NCBI GenBank assembly: GCA_963664195.1
Contig: OY760907.1
Location: forward strand, 2,368,001 to 2,432,000
Direction: 5' to 3'
DNA length: 64,000 bases
Source of the DNA: an uncultured candidate division Zixibacteria bacterium
GTDB lineage: Bacteria; Zixibacteria; MSB-5A5; GN15; FEB-12
Position 1 is the first letter of the stretch; each line of letters begins with the position of its first letter. The notes under the pieces are model-generated. The model saw only the letters and a program-made list of their open reading frames with translations, ran no database searches and was not told the DNA's origin. A program made the position numbers and the translations under genes. This document shows, piece after piece, positions 16,418 through 27,000 of this stretch.

Positions 16418-19347
16418 AACCAAAATTGCTATTAACGGCACTGGTACTCGTGTTCGTTGCCGCAAGCATGGCGCTTGGGGCCACGACCGGTAAGATTACC
16501 GGTGTTATCACCGACGCACAGACGGGGGAACCTCTGGTTGGTGCGACCGTCCTTGTTGACGGGACCAACCTCGGGGCGTCAACCGATACCGAGGGTCATT
16601 ACTTGATCCTGAACGTACCGGTTGGAGACTACACGCTTCGGATAAGCTCGGTCGGTTACGCGACACTCGAAGTCTCAGAGGTGAGAGTGTCCGTAGACCT
16701 GGCCACTTATCAGGATCAAACCCTCAGCTCTCAGGCGACAGACATCGGTAAGACCATTACCGTAGTCGCCGAGCGCAAGCTCATCATCAAGGACAAGACG
16801 ACCACGGTCGATGTTGTCTCGCGCGATGAGCTTCTGGCCCTGCCGACTCGTGGGTTCGAGCAGGTTGTCGGGATCCAGAACAGTGTGGTCCGGATGAACT
16901 CCAACGTTGACACTCGCCAGCGTGGTGGCCGTGAATCGTTGGGTATGGCGTCGGAGATCAACCTGCGTGGTGGCCGTCCGTCGGAGGTCGCCTACTACGT
17001 TGACGGATTCTCTCAGCAGGATCCGTTGTCAGGTATCTCCACGGCGAACATCAATAACAACGCCATTAAGGAAGTTGCGGTGACATCGGGGGCCTTCTCG
17101 GCCGAGTACGGTCACGTTGCGTCCGGCGTTGTGAACGTCACGACAAACTCCGGTAGTGACGAGTATCACGGCAACGTGGAACTCGTCTCGGACAACGTCG
17201 CGGGCGAACTCGGATACGACAGTTTTGACCACAACTACTACTCCGGTGATTTCGGCGGTCCGATTCCGGGTCTTGAAAACGGTTATTTCTTCCTCTCCGG
17301 TGAGCGCCGTTATTTGGGAGACAGGTCGCCGTCGATTGTCACCAAGGATCTGTATGAAGAGTTTGGTCTCGACGGTTTGTTCGACAATCCGCAGAGAATG
17401 CCGAGCAACAGCCTTAGAGGCTGGTCTTATCAGGGTAAGATCGACTACAATTTCACCCCGAACTTCAAACTGCAGCTCAACGGAAACGGCTCTGTTGACC
17501 GCTGGCAGGAATATCGGCATTATTACTTCAATCCGGCATTCCCGGAGCAGGTCAAGCATTCGCCGGTTTATGACGACAAGAACCTCGGACTTAACGCCAA
17601 GATAACCCATACCTTGAACGCTGAAACATTCTACAATTTCAGTGCCTCGTATTTCGTTACCGAAAGGCTCCGTGGGGATGGTGTCGTCTTTGACGATTTG
17701 GCCGCCTACGATCGCGGTTTTGTCAATCCTGAATATGATCGTCACAATCTGTTCCGCGAAGGCAACATCGTTTACGAGAGTGAGCTTGAGGATTCCGATG
17801 TAGAGGAAGGTTCTGCCGAAGACACTGTGGTCAGCTATGTGCCTTCCTATTGGGGCGGATACCTCCACCGGAAATCGTCCTATCTTGGCTTCAAGGGTGA
17901 TTTGACAAACCAGATCAATGCTCAGAACACATTGAAGTTTGGTTTTGATTTCCAGCGCCATACGGTCCGCTATTTTGAGCAGCTCAACGCAACTCAGGGC
18001 TTTGGTTTAACCCGCGTTAACCGCTATGGCTTCGACAGCCTCGGCAACGAAGCTGATCCCGAAGGTTTCATGAACGACACTAAGCACCCAATCAATCTTG
18101 GTGTCTATATGCAAGATAGATTTGAGTATCGTGGCATGATCGTTAACGCCGGCCTGCGGTTTGATTTCTTTGATTACAAGGCCCAGCGTCTTCGTGACGT
18201 CCAGCATCCGTTTGATCCTGATCAAAGGGGCGACTCGTTGTCGGCGGTTCTTGATGCATCAGATCTTGAAGATAGCGAGAAGTTCACGCGTCTCTCGCCG
18301 CGGTTGGGCATCTCCTTCCCGGTCAGCGATCGGACACAGATGCACATCAACTACGGTATTTTCTACCAGCGTCCGGACCTGCGACGTCTCTATGTGGGAT
18401 ATGACTTCCTTGAAGCTCGTATTCCTGCCGGCTCGTACTACCCGGTTGGCAGCCCGAATCTGGAACCGGAGACCGTCACGCAGTACGAAGTCGGTGTAAC
18501 TCAGCAATTGGGTGATAACACGGCCTTTGGGATCACTGCGTACTACAAGGACGTTCGGGATCTCACACAGATATTCCACCAGAGCGACGTAGACCCGACC
18601 GCATGGGACTTCTATGCCAACGTCGACTACGGCACCATCAAGGGTATGGATTTCTCGCTGACTATGCGCCGTACTCGGAATATCTCTATGAACCTCAAGT
18701 ATACGTTGAGCTATGCCACTGGTACCGGATCCAATGCCAATACTTCCTACAACATTGCGTGGAAGAATCCTTCGGGTACTCCGTCCTACACGAATCCGCT
18801 GGATTACGATCAGCGCCATAGCCTCATTGGTATGTTTGATATTCGCACCACGTCTGGCGAGGGTCCGAAGATCGGCGATTTCTATCCGCTGGAGAACTTT
18901 GGTCTCAATACGGTTGTTCAGGCTGCGAGTGGCACTCCGTATACACCGACCGTTCCGTACGACGGCGTGACGGTTAACGCCGCCGTTTCTCAGGTCCCGA
19001 CCGGTTCGATCAACTCGGCTCGTATGCCTTGGAACTTCACGGTTGATCTGAAACTGGAGCGTTACTTCGACGTCAAGGGATACCGGTTGACGCCTTACGT
19101 TTGGGTGAAGAACCTTTTCGATCGCGAAAATGTCTTCTCAGTTTACGAGGGTACCGGCAAGCCGGGGACGTCCGGCTATCTTGGGACCGACATCGCCCAG
19201 GTGCGTGCGGAAGACGCCTCGACTAACGTGCATACGGGTGCCAACGTTGGCGAAGAGTTCGAGACACGGTATCGTCTGATGCAGAACAACCCCAAGAACT
19301 ATGCAAACCCCCGTATGATCATGGTTGGCTTGCGGATGTCGTTCTAA
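16414..19347 (+). CDS. TonB-dependent receptor with N-terminal carboxypeptidase-regulatory-like domain
   Basis: Signal peptide; TGKITGVITDAQTGEPLVGATV; plug RGGRPSEVAYYVDG...SAEYG...SGVVNVTT; SPRLGISFP; C-terminal F. Confidence 0.93.
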   Translation: MKPKLLLTALVLVFVAASMALGATTGKITGVITDAQTGEPLVGATVLVDGTNLGASTDTEGHYLILNVPVGDYTLRISSVGYATLEVSEVRVSVDLATYQDQTLSSQATDIGKTITVVAERKLIIKDKTTTVDVVSRDELLALPTRGFEQVVGIQNSVVRMNSNVDTRQRGGRESLGMASEINLRGGRPSEVAYYVDGFSQQDPLSGISTANINNNAIKEVAVTSGAFSAEYGHVASGVVNVTTNSGSDEYHGNVELVSDNVAGELGYDSFDHNYYSGDFGGPIPGLENGYFFLSGERRYLGDRSPSIVTKDLYEEFGLDGLFDNPQRMPSNSLRGWSYQGKIDYNFTPNFKLQLNGNGSVDRWQEYRHYYFNPAFPEQVKHSPVYDDKNLGLNAKITHTLNAETFYNFSASYFVTERLRGDGVVFDDLAAYDRGFVNPEYDRHNLFREGNIVYESELEDSDVEEGSAEDTVVSYVPSYWGGYLHRKSSYLGFKGDLTNQINAQNTLKFGFDFQRHTVRYFEQLNATQGFGLTRVNRYGFDSLGNEADPEGFMNDTKHPINLGVYMQDRFEYRGMIVNAGLRFDFFDYKAQRLRDVQHPFDPDQRGDSLSAVLDASDLEDSEKFTRLSPRLGISFPVSDRTQMHINYGIFYQRPDLRRLYVGYDFLEARIPAGSYYPVGSPNLEPETVTQYEVGVTQQLGDNTAFGITAYYKDVRDLTQIFHQSDVDPTAWDFYANVDYGTIKGMDFSLTMRRTRNISMNLKYTLSYATGTGSNANTSYNIAWKNPSGTPSYTNPLDYDQRHSLIGMFDIRTTSGEGPKIGDFYPLENFGLNTVVQAASGTPYTPTVPYDGVTVNAAVSQVPTGSINSARMPWNFTVDLKLERYFDVKGYRLTPYVWVKNLFDRENVFSVYEGTGKPGTSGYLGTDIAQVRAEDASTNVHTGANVGEEFETRYRLMQNNPKNYANPRMIMVGLRMSF

Positions 19348-19366
19348 TCACATGAGGAACTTGAAA

Positions 19367-22300
19367 ATGAAAATAAAACTTTTGAGTTGTTTGCTCGTCC
19401 TCCTTTTTGCGCTACCTCTTTCGGCAGCGCCACCAAAGGGGAGGCTTGGTAGCGCAGAGGCTCTGAACGTCGACAACGGCACGTTCATCAATACCAACAA
19501 GATTTTGATGTTTGTGACCAACCACGGCAACTTTGGACGTGACCTCGGAGATCGGTTCGGCTATGACTACGGAACGTTTTTCCCTTACACGGCCGTGGAG
19601 TCGATCGATGACGGTTCGGCGGTTGCCTCGCCGTTCTATGCTGGAGGTCTCTGGATAGGTGGTGTCGACTCAGTCTCGGGCGATACGCTCGTCGTGGTTT
19701 CCGAGTACAGCAGCGAGTACGTGCCGGGACCGATGGCCGACAGTACGTTCATAGAGGATAATGCTGATTTCCATGTGTACAAGCTGTACGCAGACAGTAC
19801 CTTTGAGAATGCCAACGCTGACTGGACAAACTGGCCGGAAGACCAGGGCGCGCCAATGGCTATTGACACGATTGTTGAAATTATCGATTCAGCAGGCGGC
19901 GTGATCCTGGATGCCGATACGACCTACAGCGATCCGTATCCGGGTCTGATTGGAGACCAGATGTGCTGGTCGGTTTTCAACGACGCCAACCCTGCTCAAC
20001 ACGACAACAACAACGGGGAGACTGAGCCTCTCGGCCTTGAGGTGCGTCAATCTGTTTTTGGGTGGAACCGCACTGACGCTCTCGGATACTGCGTTTTTGT
20101 CAGACTCCGCGTCTATAACAGGGGTGAAAGGACTCTCGACAACTGCTACTTCTCCCTTTGGTCTGACCCTGATCTGGGTTTGGCGGGAGACGATCTGGTT
20201 GGTTGCGATACGACTCTCGACTTGGGTTTCGTTTACAATGCCAATAACAGTGACCAGAAGTACACCGACGGGCCGCCGCCGGCTCTCGGACTTGATTTCT
20301 TCCAGGGCCCGCTGGAATTCACCGGCAACATGGACGATGTCGGATTGATGTGGAATGGTGCCAAGTTCCCGGGATATAGAAACCTGGGTATGGCCTCGTT
20401 TAACAAGTACATCAACGGTACCGATCCAGACAACTATGTGGAGACCTATTGGTTCATGGAAGGATTGGACGCGAAGAACAACGGCGCGGCTTACAGTGAT
20501 GGCCTTGCGTATCGCGTCCCCGGAGACCCCACCGATCCCACGGAAGCTGCCGCATACCTTGATTTCGCTCCGGACGATCGGCGCATGATGCAGACAACTG
20601 GTCCGATTACGTTCCGTCCCGGCGACAGTACCGAAATCGTTGCGGCCATGGTCGTAGGACGGGGCGGAGATCGAAAGTCCTCCGTCAACGTGATGAAGTT
20701 CTACGATGAGACAGCGCAAGCGGTTTACGATGCCAACTGGGTTGTTCCGGATCCGCCTGCGTCGCCGATAGTGACCGTCGCGGAGTTGGATGGCCAGATA
20801 GCTCTCACTTGGACCGACACCTCGGAGGTGGTCCCCGGCGACTACGGGTTTGAGGGATACACGGTCTATCAGGGTGAAGGACCGTCGGGCCCTTGGACTC
20901 GTATTGCCAATTATGACTTGACAAACGGTGTCCTTCAGATTCAGGACAATGTGGTTGATCCTGAGTCGGGAGCCCTTGAAATCCGCACCGTCAAATTCGG
21001 TACGGACGGGGGACTGAGACGGTACTTCATTGTTGAGGAGGATTATCTTACGGGGACGCCGCTGCGCAACGTGAGCGAGTACTACTTCAAGGTTGAGGCG
21101 TATTCATTCCTGTTTGGCGGCAAACCGGCTACATTGACTTCTGCCAATCGGACGCCCATCAGGGTTGTGCCCCAGGCACAGGTTCCTGACATCCAATACG
21201 AGGAAAGCGTGGGTGATCTGCCTGCAGCGGCACACTCCACCGGCAGTTCGGACGGTTCTGTGGCCTATGAGGTGATGGATCCAAGGCTCTTGACAGGGCA
21301 TACGTACGAAGTAGTCTTCGCCGACACGCTCGCTATCGTGATTGATACGATCGTCACGGAGACCGGTGATCCTCTAAACCCTGTTGACACTACTTTTGAT
21401 TCGACCAATGTTGCCTGGTTCCTGATCGATACGGATCTAGGAGACACTCTGCTCTCCTGGCAGACCGACCAGTCAGCAACCGATGACCAGTTGGTTACTG
21501 ACGGTTTCGTCGCCAAAGTGACCGGTCCCGCTGTCGGCTTCAGCTCGTTTGCTGTTGTCGCCAATGCCGGCGGGGCTCTCAGTCCTTTTGAGCCGGGTGC
21601 GCTTACGTTTGACGGTTTCCCGGTTCCCACTATCAACGATCCGGACGGCTACATAACGGGAGCACAGCAGACCACTGGAACCGGCAACTGGGGACTCCAC
21701 GTCGCCGATCCGGGCGGTACTTGCGATCACGGTGAAAACGGTGATTACTCAGCTTTCCAAGCTCGCTCAAATATGGCGGTCATTGGAGAAGATGACTATG
21801 AAATGAGATTCACCGGATCAAACGATGATCCCGGCACGGGTGGTGGCTATGCCATCGAGATGTTCAACGATTCCAACGTATTTTGGGTGCCGTTCGAACT
21901 CTGGAATATCGGTCGCGGTACACCGAATGATCCGAGCGATGACTATCGCCTCATTCCGTACATCGTTGACTATGCCGGAGACTCTCTCCAGGGTGACGAC
22001 ATCTTCGCCGTGGAATCATGGGGCTGTAGACTTGATACTTTCCGCATCGACACCGCTTACTACGACAGTGTCGGTGATTCGCTCGTTCCAGAGGATACCG
22101 TGCTGCAGAATTTCGGCGGCCTCGGTGAACACTCCGGGTCGGGCGCTGACAACGATCCGTACACTGATCTTGTCTACTGGATAAACCCGTCCGACATGTC
22201 GGCCGGATCCGCCGGGTATGACGCTGCAGAAACAGCAATGTTGGCGGGAACCTATCCGGCCAACGAAGCTTCTTTGTCGGCCGACACGGTGTTCCAGGAA

Positions 22301-22783
22301 ACTGTCTTGCTCAGTTGGAATGGAGGATACGAGCCACCGTTCAATATGGACGTGCCTGAAATGGGAACGGTCTTCCGGATTGTGACGGCAATCACCAACT
22401 CTCCTGAGGATGTCTTTTCCTTTACGACATTGGCTCCGAGCGCTGTGACAGGAACCGAGGAGATGCTTGACGCTATCAAGGCCGTGCCGAACCCGTTCTA
22501 CCTGTTTGGTGGCTATGATCCTGCTGTAGGCAACTACCAGATCAAGTTCCACCATTTGCCGGAGCTCTGTACGATCACTATTTATAACCTCAGTGGCGAG
22601 TTGATCAACACCATCGAAAAAGATGATGCCTCGACTTCAATCGCCACTTGGAACGTACAGACGCGGGAGAACCTGCCGGTAGCCTCGGGCATTTACATCT
22701 ACGTTGTGGATGCTCCCGGATTCGGTACTAAGATTGGGAAGATGGCTGTGTTCACCGAAGACCAAGTACTTGATATCTACTAG
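19367..22783 (+). CDS. Large secreted/surface protein with T9SS/FlgD-Ig-like C-terminal domain
   Basis: GAGGA RBS; signal peptide; W.DPDLG...DDLVGCD, FnIII-like LTW...FEGY.VY; CTD AVPNP...IYNLSGELI...WN......VASGIYIY. Confidence 0.85.
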   Translation: MKIKLLSCLLVLLFALPLSAAPPKGRLGSAEALNVDNGTFINTNKILMFVTNHGNFGRDLGDRFGYDYGTFFPYTAVESIDDGSAVASPFYAGGLWIGGVDSVSGDTLVVVSEYSSEYVPGPMADSTFIEDNADFHVYKLYADSTFENANADWTNWPEDQGAPMAIDTIVEIIDSAGGVILDADTTYSDPYPGLIGDQMCWSVFNDANPAQHDNNNGETEPLGLEVRQSVFGWNRTDALGYCVFVRLRVYNRGERTLDNCYFSLWSDPDLGLAGDDLVGCDTTLDLGFVYNANNSDQKYTDGPPPALGLDFFQGPLEFTGNMDDVGLMWNGAKFPGYRNLGMASFNKYINGTDPDNYVETYWFMEGLDAKNNGAAYSDGLAYRVPGDPTDPTEAAAYLDFAPDDRRMMQTTGPITFRPGDSTEIVAAMVVGRGGDRKSSVNVMKFYDETAQAVYDANWVVPDPPASPIVTVAELDGQIALTWTDTSEVVPGDYGFEGYTVYQGEGPSGPWTRIANYDLTNGVLQIQDNVVDPESGALEIRTVKFGTDGGLRRYFIVEEDYLTGTPLRNVSEYYFKVEAYSFLFGGKPATLTSANRTPIRVVPQAQVPDIQYEESVGDLPAAAHSTGSSDGSVAYEVMDPRLLTGHTYEVVFADTLAIVIDTIVTETGDPLNPVDTTFDSTNVAWFLIDTDLGDTLLSWQTDQSATDDQLVTDGFVAKVTGPAVGFSSFAVVANAGGALSPFEPGALTFDGFPVPTINDPDGYITGAQQTTGTGNWGLHVADPGGTCDHGENGDYSAFQARSNMAVIGEDDYEMRFTGSNDDPGTGGGYAIEMFNDSNVFWVPFELWNIGRGTPNDPSDDYRLIPYIVDYAGDSLQGDDIFAVESWGCRLDTFRIDTAYYDSVGDSLVPEDTVLQNFGGLGEHSGSGADNDPYTDLVYWINPSDMSAGSAGYDAAETAMLAGTYPANEASLSADTVFQETVLLSWNGGYEPPFNMDVPEMGTVFRIVTAITNSPEDVFSFTTLAPSAVTGTEEMLDAIKAVPNPFYLFGGYDPAVGNYQIKFHHLPELCTITIYNLSGELINTIEKDDASTSIATWNVQTRENLPVASGIYIYVVDAPGFGTKIGKMAVFTEDQVLDIY

Positions 22784-22800
22784 GCAAGGAGACGATACAG

Positions 22801-23790
22801 ATGAAATACAAACTTGTAGTGACGGTGGTAGTTCTCCTTGCCGTAAGCCTCTCATCGGCTTACGCTGGGAACTCCCTGCGAATCGGTACTGCGGGAGCGC
22901 AGGAACTTCTGATTCCTATCGGCTCACGCGGTACTGCCATGGGCGGATCTGTGGTCGCCAATACTCATGGGCTTGAGTCCATGTACTGGAACCCGGCCGG
23001 CCTGGCGAACCTGGAAGGTACGGAGGCGATGTTCACGCACCTACCATACTTTGCCGACATCGACGTTAACTTCGTCGGGCTGGCAACCGCCATGGAAGAC
23101 TTTGGCACCGTGGGTATTGGGGCCAAAATTGTCTCTATCGGCGATATCGAGGAGACGACTGAAACCCAGCCGGACGGTACGGGGCGCGTGTTTGGCCCTT
23201 CTCTTACTATCATTAACGTCACGTACTCTCGGGTTCTGACGAATAATGTGTCGTTCGGCGTGACAGGCATGTTCATCAACGAGAACATCTTTGAGGTCAG
23301 CGCCTCTGGCGTTGCCTTTGACGCAGGTTTCATGTACGACCCGGGCTGGCACGGCCTCAAGGCCGGTTTTGTTGTCAAGAACTACGGCCCCGAGATGAGC
23401 TTCACTGGCAACGGTTTCGAGCGCGGTGCGGACAATCGCCCAACCTCGGCAAACAATGCCAAGTTTGATCTGCCGAGTTCCATCAATCTCGGCTTGTCCA
23501 TGGATTTTCTGGACAACGGTCCGAACCTGGCAACCATTTGCGGTAACTTCCGGTCCAACAACTTCTCTCAGGACATGTTGCAGGGTGGCTTTGAATACAG
23601 CTACAACAACATGTACTTCCTGCGTGGAGGTTACAATTGGTCCGACCAGGACGACTACATTCACGGTGCCTCACTCGGTGCCGGTCTGTCAGTCCCCATG
23701 GGCGACACCAAGTTTACCTTTGAGTACTCCTGGAACGACACGGAAGTGTTCGACGATAACCAGTTCTTCTCGGTTAGAATCAACTTCTAG
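22801..23790 (+). CDS. PorV/PorQ (FadL-like, UPF0164) outer-membrane protein
   Basis: L.IPIGSRGTAMG, YWNPAGLA, AFDAG, LRGGY, C-terminal F. Confidence 0.88.
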   Translation: MKYKLVVTVVVLLAVSLSSAYAGNSLRIGTAGAQELLIPIGSRGTAMGGSVVANTHGLESMYWNPAGLANLEGTEAMFTHLPYFADIDVNFVGLATAMEDFGTVGIGAKIVSIGDIEETTETQPDGTGRVFGPSLTIINVTYSRVLTNNVSFGVTGMFINENIFEVSASGVAFDAGFMYDPGWHGLKAGFVVKNYGPEMSFTGNGFERGADNRPTSANNAKFDLPSSINLGLSMDFLDNGPNLATICGNFRSNNFSQDMLQGGFEYSYNNMYFLRGGYNWSDQDDYIHGASLGAGLSVPMGDTKFTFEYSWNDTEVFDDNQFFSVRINF

Positions 23791-23814
23791 TACCGTTTCC
23801 TGAGAATTTCTCTC

Positions 23815-23854
23815 GGAAAGCCGGGCGCTCGAAAGAGTGCCCGGCTTTTCCTTT
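23815..23854 (+). terminator. Rho-independent terminator after the PorV-like gene
   Basis: GGAAAGCCGGGCGCTC-GAAA-GAGTGCCCGGCTTTTCCTTT. Confidence 0.85.
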
Positions 23855-23977
23855 GTCCCCAATTGTCGTGAGAACCAGGTTAGGCCGAGGCTTTCGATAC
23901 CCCTGAGAGCGTGTCACGTAGCTGCTGTGACGCTTTGAGCGTGAATGAGGGAATCCTCCCCTCTCTGTGGGATGTAC

Positions 23978-24008
23978 AAAAAACAGGGCCGCCGTGTGGC
24001 GACCCTGT
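23978..24008 (-). terminator. Rho-independent terminator of the oxidoreductase operon
   Basis: Minus strand ACAGGGTCGCC-ACAC-GGCGGCCCTGTTTTTT, about 20 bp after the stop at 24031. Confidence 0.85.
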
Positions 24009-24030
24009 GTGATGTTCAATGAATTGACTG

Positions 24031-27000
24031 CTATATGTTCAGATTTTCGGTGCGAGCTGCAAATCGGGCATCCGATTCCAGCACCAGCGTTACTTCGGAG
24101 CTTGTGGTCGCGACGCGATCCGTGTATTGCACGAAATGCGCCTTGCCGTCGGTTGTGGCGAAACCACCGTAACGACACTCACTGTGCATCCGAATTAGAT
24201 ATGTCAGCTCATCGGCAACCTCGGCGGAGTCGGCGAGATGGATAGCGTTTCCGCTGATCTCTGCCAACCGCAGAATGATGTCTGCCGTGGATATCCCCGT
24301 AACGGGTGCGCCGATCGGGTTGGTCTGCTGACGTTCGCCGGCCCAGTTGGTCAGGTGACCGGACGTTTCCAGGTAGTTTGATAGCGGCAGGAAGACATCG
24401 GCCATCTGTGCCGTCTCGGTGACGAATTGATCGCCGACCACGAGGAACTCCAGATTGTCGACGAAACCACCGAACTCCGCCGCCTTTGCGGGATTCTCAC
24501 CAAAGATGAATCCGGCCCGCAGCTTGTCCTCACGGATCTTGCGGCGAACAGATCCGGTATCGTTCTGGATCATAGCTCGAAGGTCTGTTTTCCAGACGGA
24601 GCCGACCTTGTCGAGCATTCCTTCGTTCGCCGACGTGCTTCCGCCGGGAATACGCTTGCTGCCGAAACCGGCCAGACGCATACCTGAGTGGTTACACTGG
24701 GAGGTCATCAGGGCCAATCCCGAACCGTCGCCGAGTTTGCCCAGAACCATCATGAGGGTGGTCAGGGCTTGGAGATCGCCGGCGGCACGGTCAATTCGAC
24801 TGTCGAAGTTGTACCAAGCGACAATCTTCTTATCAGGATCACACAGCAGATCGACGGTTTTGTTGATAGCCTCGACCGACACACCGGTAATCGAGCTGAC
24901 CTCATCAAGATCAGTTTTGGACAGGGCGTCAAGTACCAACTCCGAGTTAACCGTACTGGAGTCCAGGAAAGCCTTGTTGACTTTGCTGCGACGGATGATC
25001 TCACCGATGATGCCGTTGATCAGCACCGTGGAGGTGCCGCGACGAGCATCAGCCCATACGTTCGCATACTGCGTCATGTCGATGGCGGCGGAGTTGATTA
25101 CCACTGCTTCGGTGCCGTGACGCATGCGACGTTTCATCTGCCAGCCGAGTACCGGATTGTCTTTGGTGGGATTGCCGCCGAGGAAAAGATACAGGTCGGC
25201 GCTGTTGACCTCGTCGATCCCGACCGTAGCTGCCGTGGTCCCCAGCATTCCGTCCAGAGCGGCATAGTCTGCGCCGTTGGTCAATTGCTGGAATGACATG
25301 AGGTTGTTCGTGCCGAGCGCCGCGCGACCGAATCGCCCGGCAAGGTACAGCTCTTCGTCGGTCAGTTTCGGGGAGGCAGCAACGAATACGCTATCGCTTT
25401 TGTGAGCTTCGCGAATACGTTTCAGACCGCTGTCAATGGCGGCGAATGCTTCATCCCACGTAGTCTCCACCAGCTTTCCGTCCCTGCGAACCATCGGCTT
25501 CTTTGCGCGTGAACCGTCGAGATAGTGCTGATAGCCGAATCGGCCTTTGGCGCAGAGTTCGCCGTAGTTTGGTCCCTCTTCCGGAGAGGCACCGACGACG
25601 TAGAAGATATCATCGGTTTTGACTTTCAACGTCAGGTTACAGCCTACCGAACAGTAGTTGCAGACGTTGAAAACAGAATCCATCTTCCACGGCCCGGAGC
25701 GGCGGAACGGCATCTTTTCGACCAGTGCGCCGGTAGGGCAGACGTCGATACAGTTACCGCAGGACACACAGTTGGTGTCCTGCAGAGCTTTCTCCATCGC
25801 CGGTTTGATAATTGTGCGGAAACCGCGATTGACGAATCCAAGTGCCGAGACGTTGAGAATCTCGGAGCAAGTGGACACGCACTTGCCGCAGCGGATACAC
25901 TTGTTGGAGTCGATCTTAACGAACGGGTGTCGCGTGTCAACTTTGTAGCGGTTGAAGGCACCGACAAAACGTGTCTGGTCGACACCGTATTCTGTGCAAT
26001 AGTCCTGTAAAATACAGGCAAGTCCCACATCGCATCCACACTCGGCGCAACGCATCGATTCCGCCACCGCGTCTTTGTCGGTGTATCCGAGTTCCACTTC
26101 GTCAAAAGTTCTGATGCGGTCTGCGGCTTCCAGCTCCGGCATTCCGTGACGGTGTTCTTTGTAGAGGTCGGGGAGATCTTCGGGGGTGAGCTTGTGGAAA
26201 GCATCCCGTTTGCTCTCAAACCGATCTATCAGCGGTTCGGCCACACCGGTCTGGATGTATTTGTCGATTGCCCGCGCAGCCATTCGACCGGCTGCGATAG
26301 CGTCGATAGCGTCTGCCGGTCCCGTAACGACATCGCCGCCTGAGAAGACGCCGGGACGATCGGTTTCGAAAGTTTTGTCGCGCGCCTCGATAGTCTTCCA
26401 GCGCGTCAGCTTGATATTCTCGTCGGAGTCAACACCGGCGAGATCCGGCTCCTGTCCGATAGCAGATATCACGTAGTTGCATTCGATTTCGTACTCGGAG
26501 CCTTCGATCTTGACAGGGCGCCGGCGTCCGGAGTCATCCGGTTCGCCGAGTTCCATGCGGATGGCAGAAATGGATTTCATCCGACCGTTTTCGTCGGTGT
26601 TGACCATCACCGGCGCAGCCAGGAATTCCATTTTGATGCCTTCTTCATCGGCGGCGTCAATCTCAACGTTGTTGGCAGGCATCTCTTTGCGTGTCCGACG
26701 GTACAACAGGACAACTTCGTCGGCACCGAGGCGCAGCGAAGTACGGGCGGCGTCGATAGCCGTGTTTCCACCACCCACAACCACGATTCTACCGGTCATC
26801 GGCGGGTTGGTCTTCATCTCAGCCTGTTGCAGGAACTCGACACCCGAGAGTACGCCATCGGCTTCCTCGTTTTCGACCCGCATCGGTTTACCGACCTGAG
26901 CGCCGAGACCAACGAACACTGACTTGAAGCCCTGTCGGTAGAGGTCGTCAATGGTGAAATCCCGGCCGAGTCTGGTGTTAAGCTTGACCTCAACGCCAAG

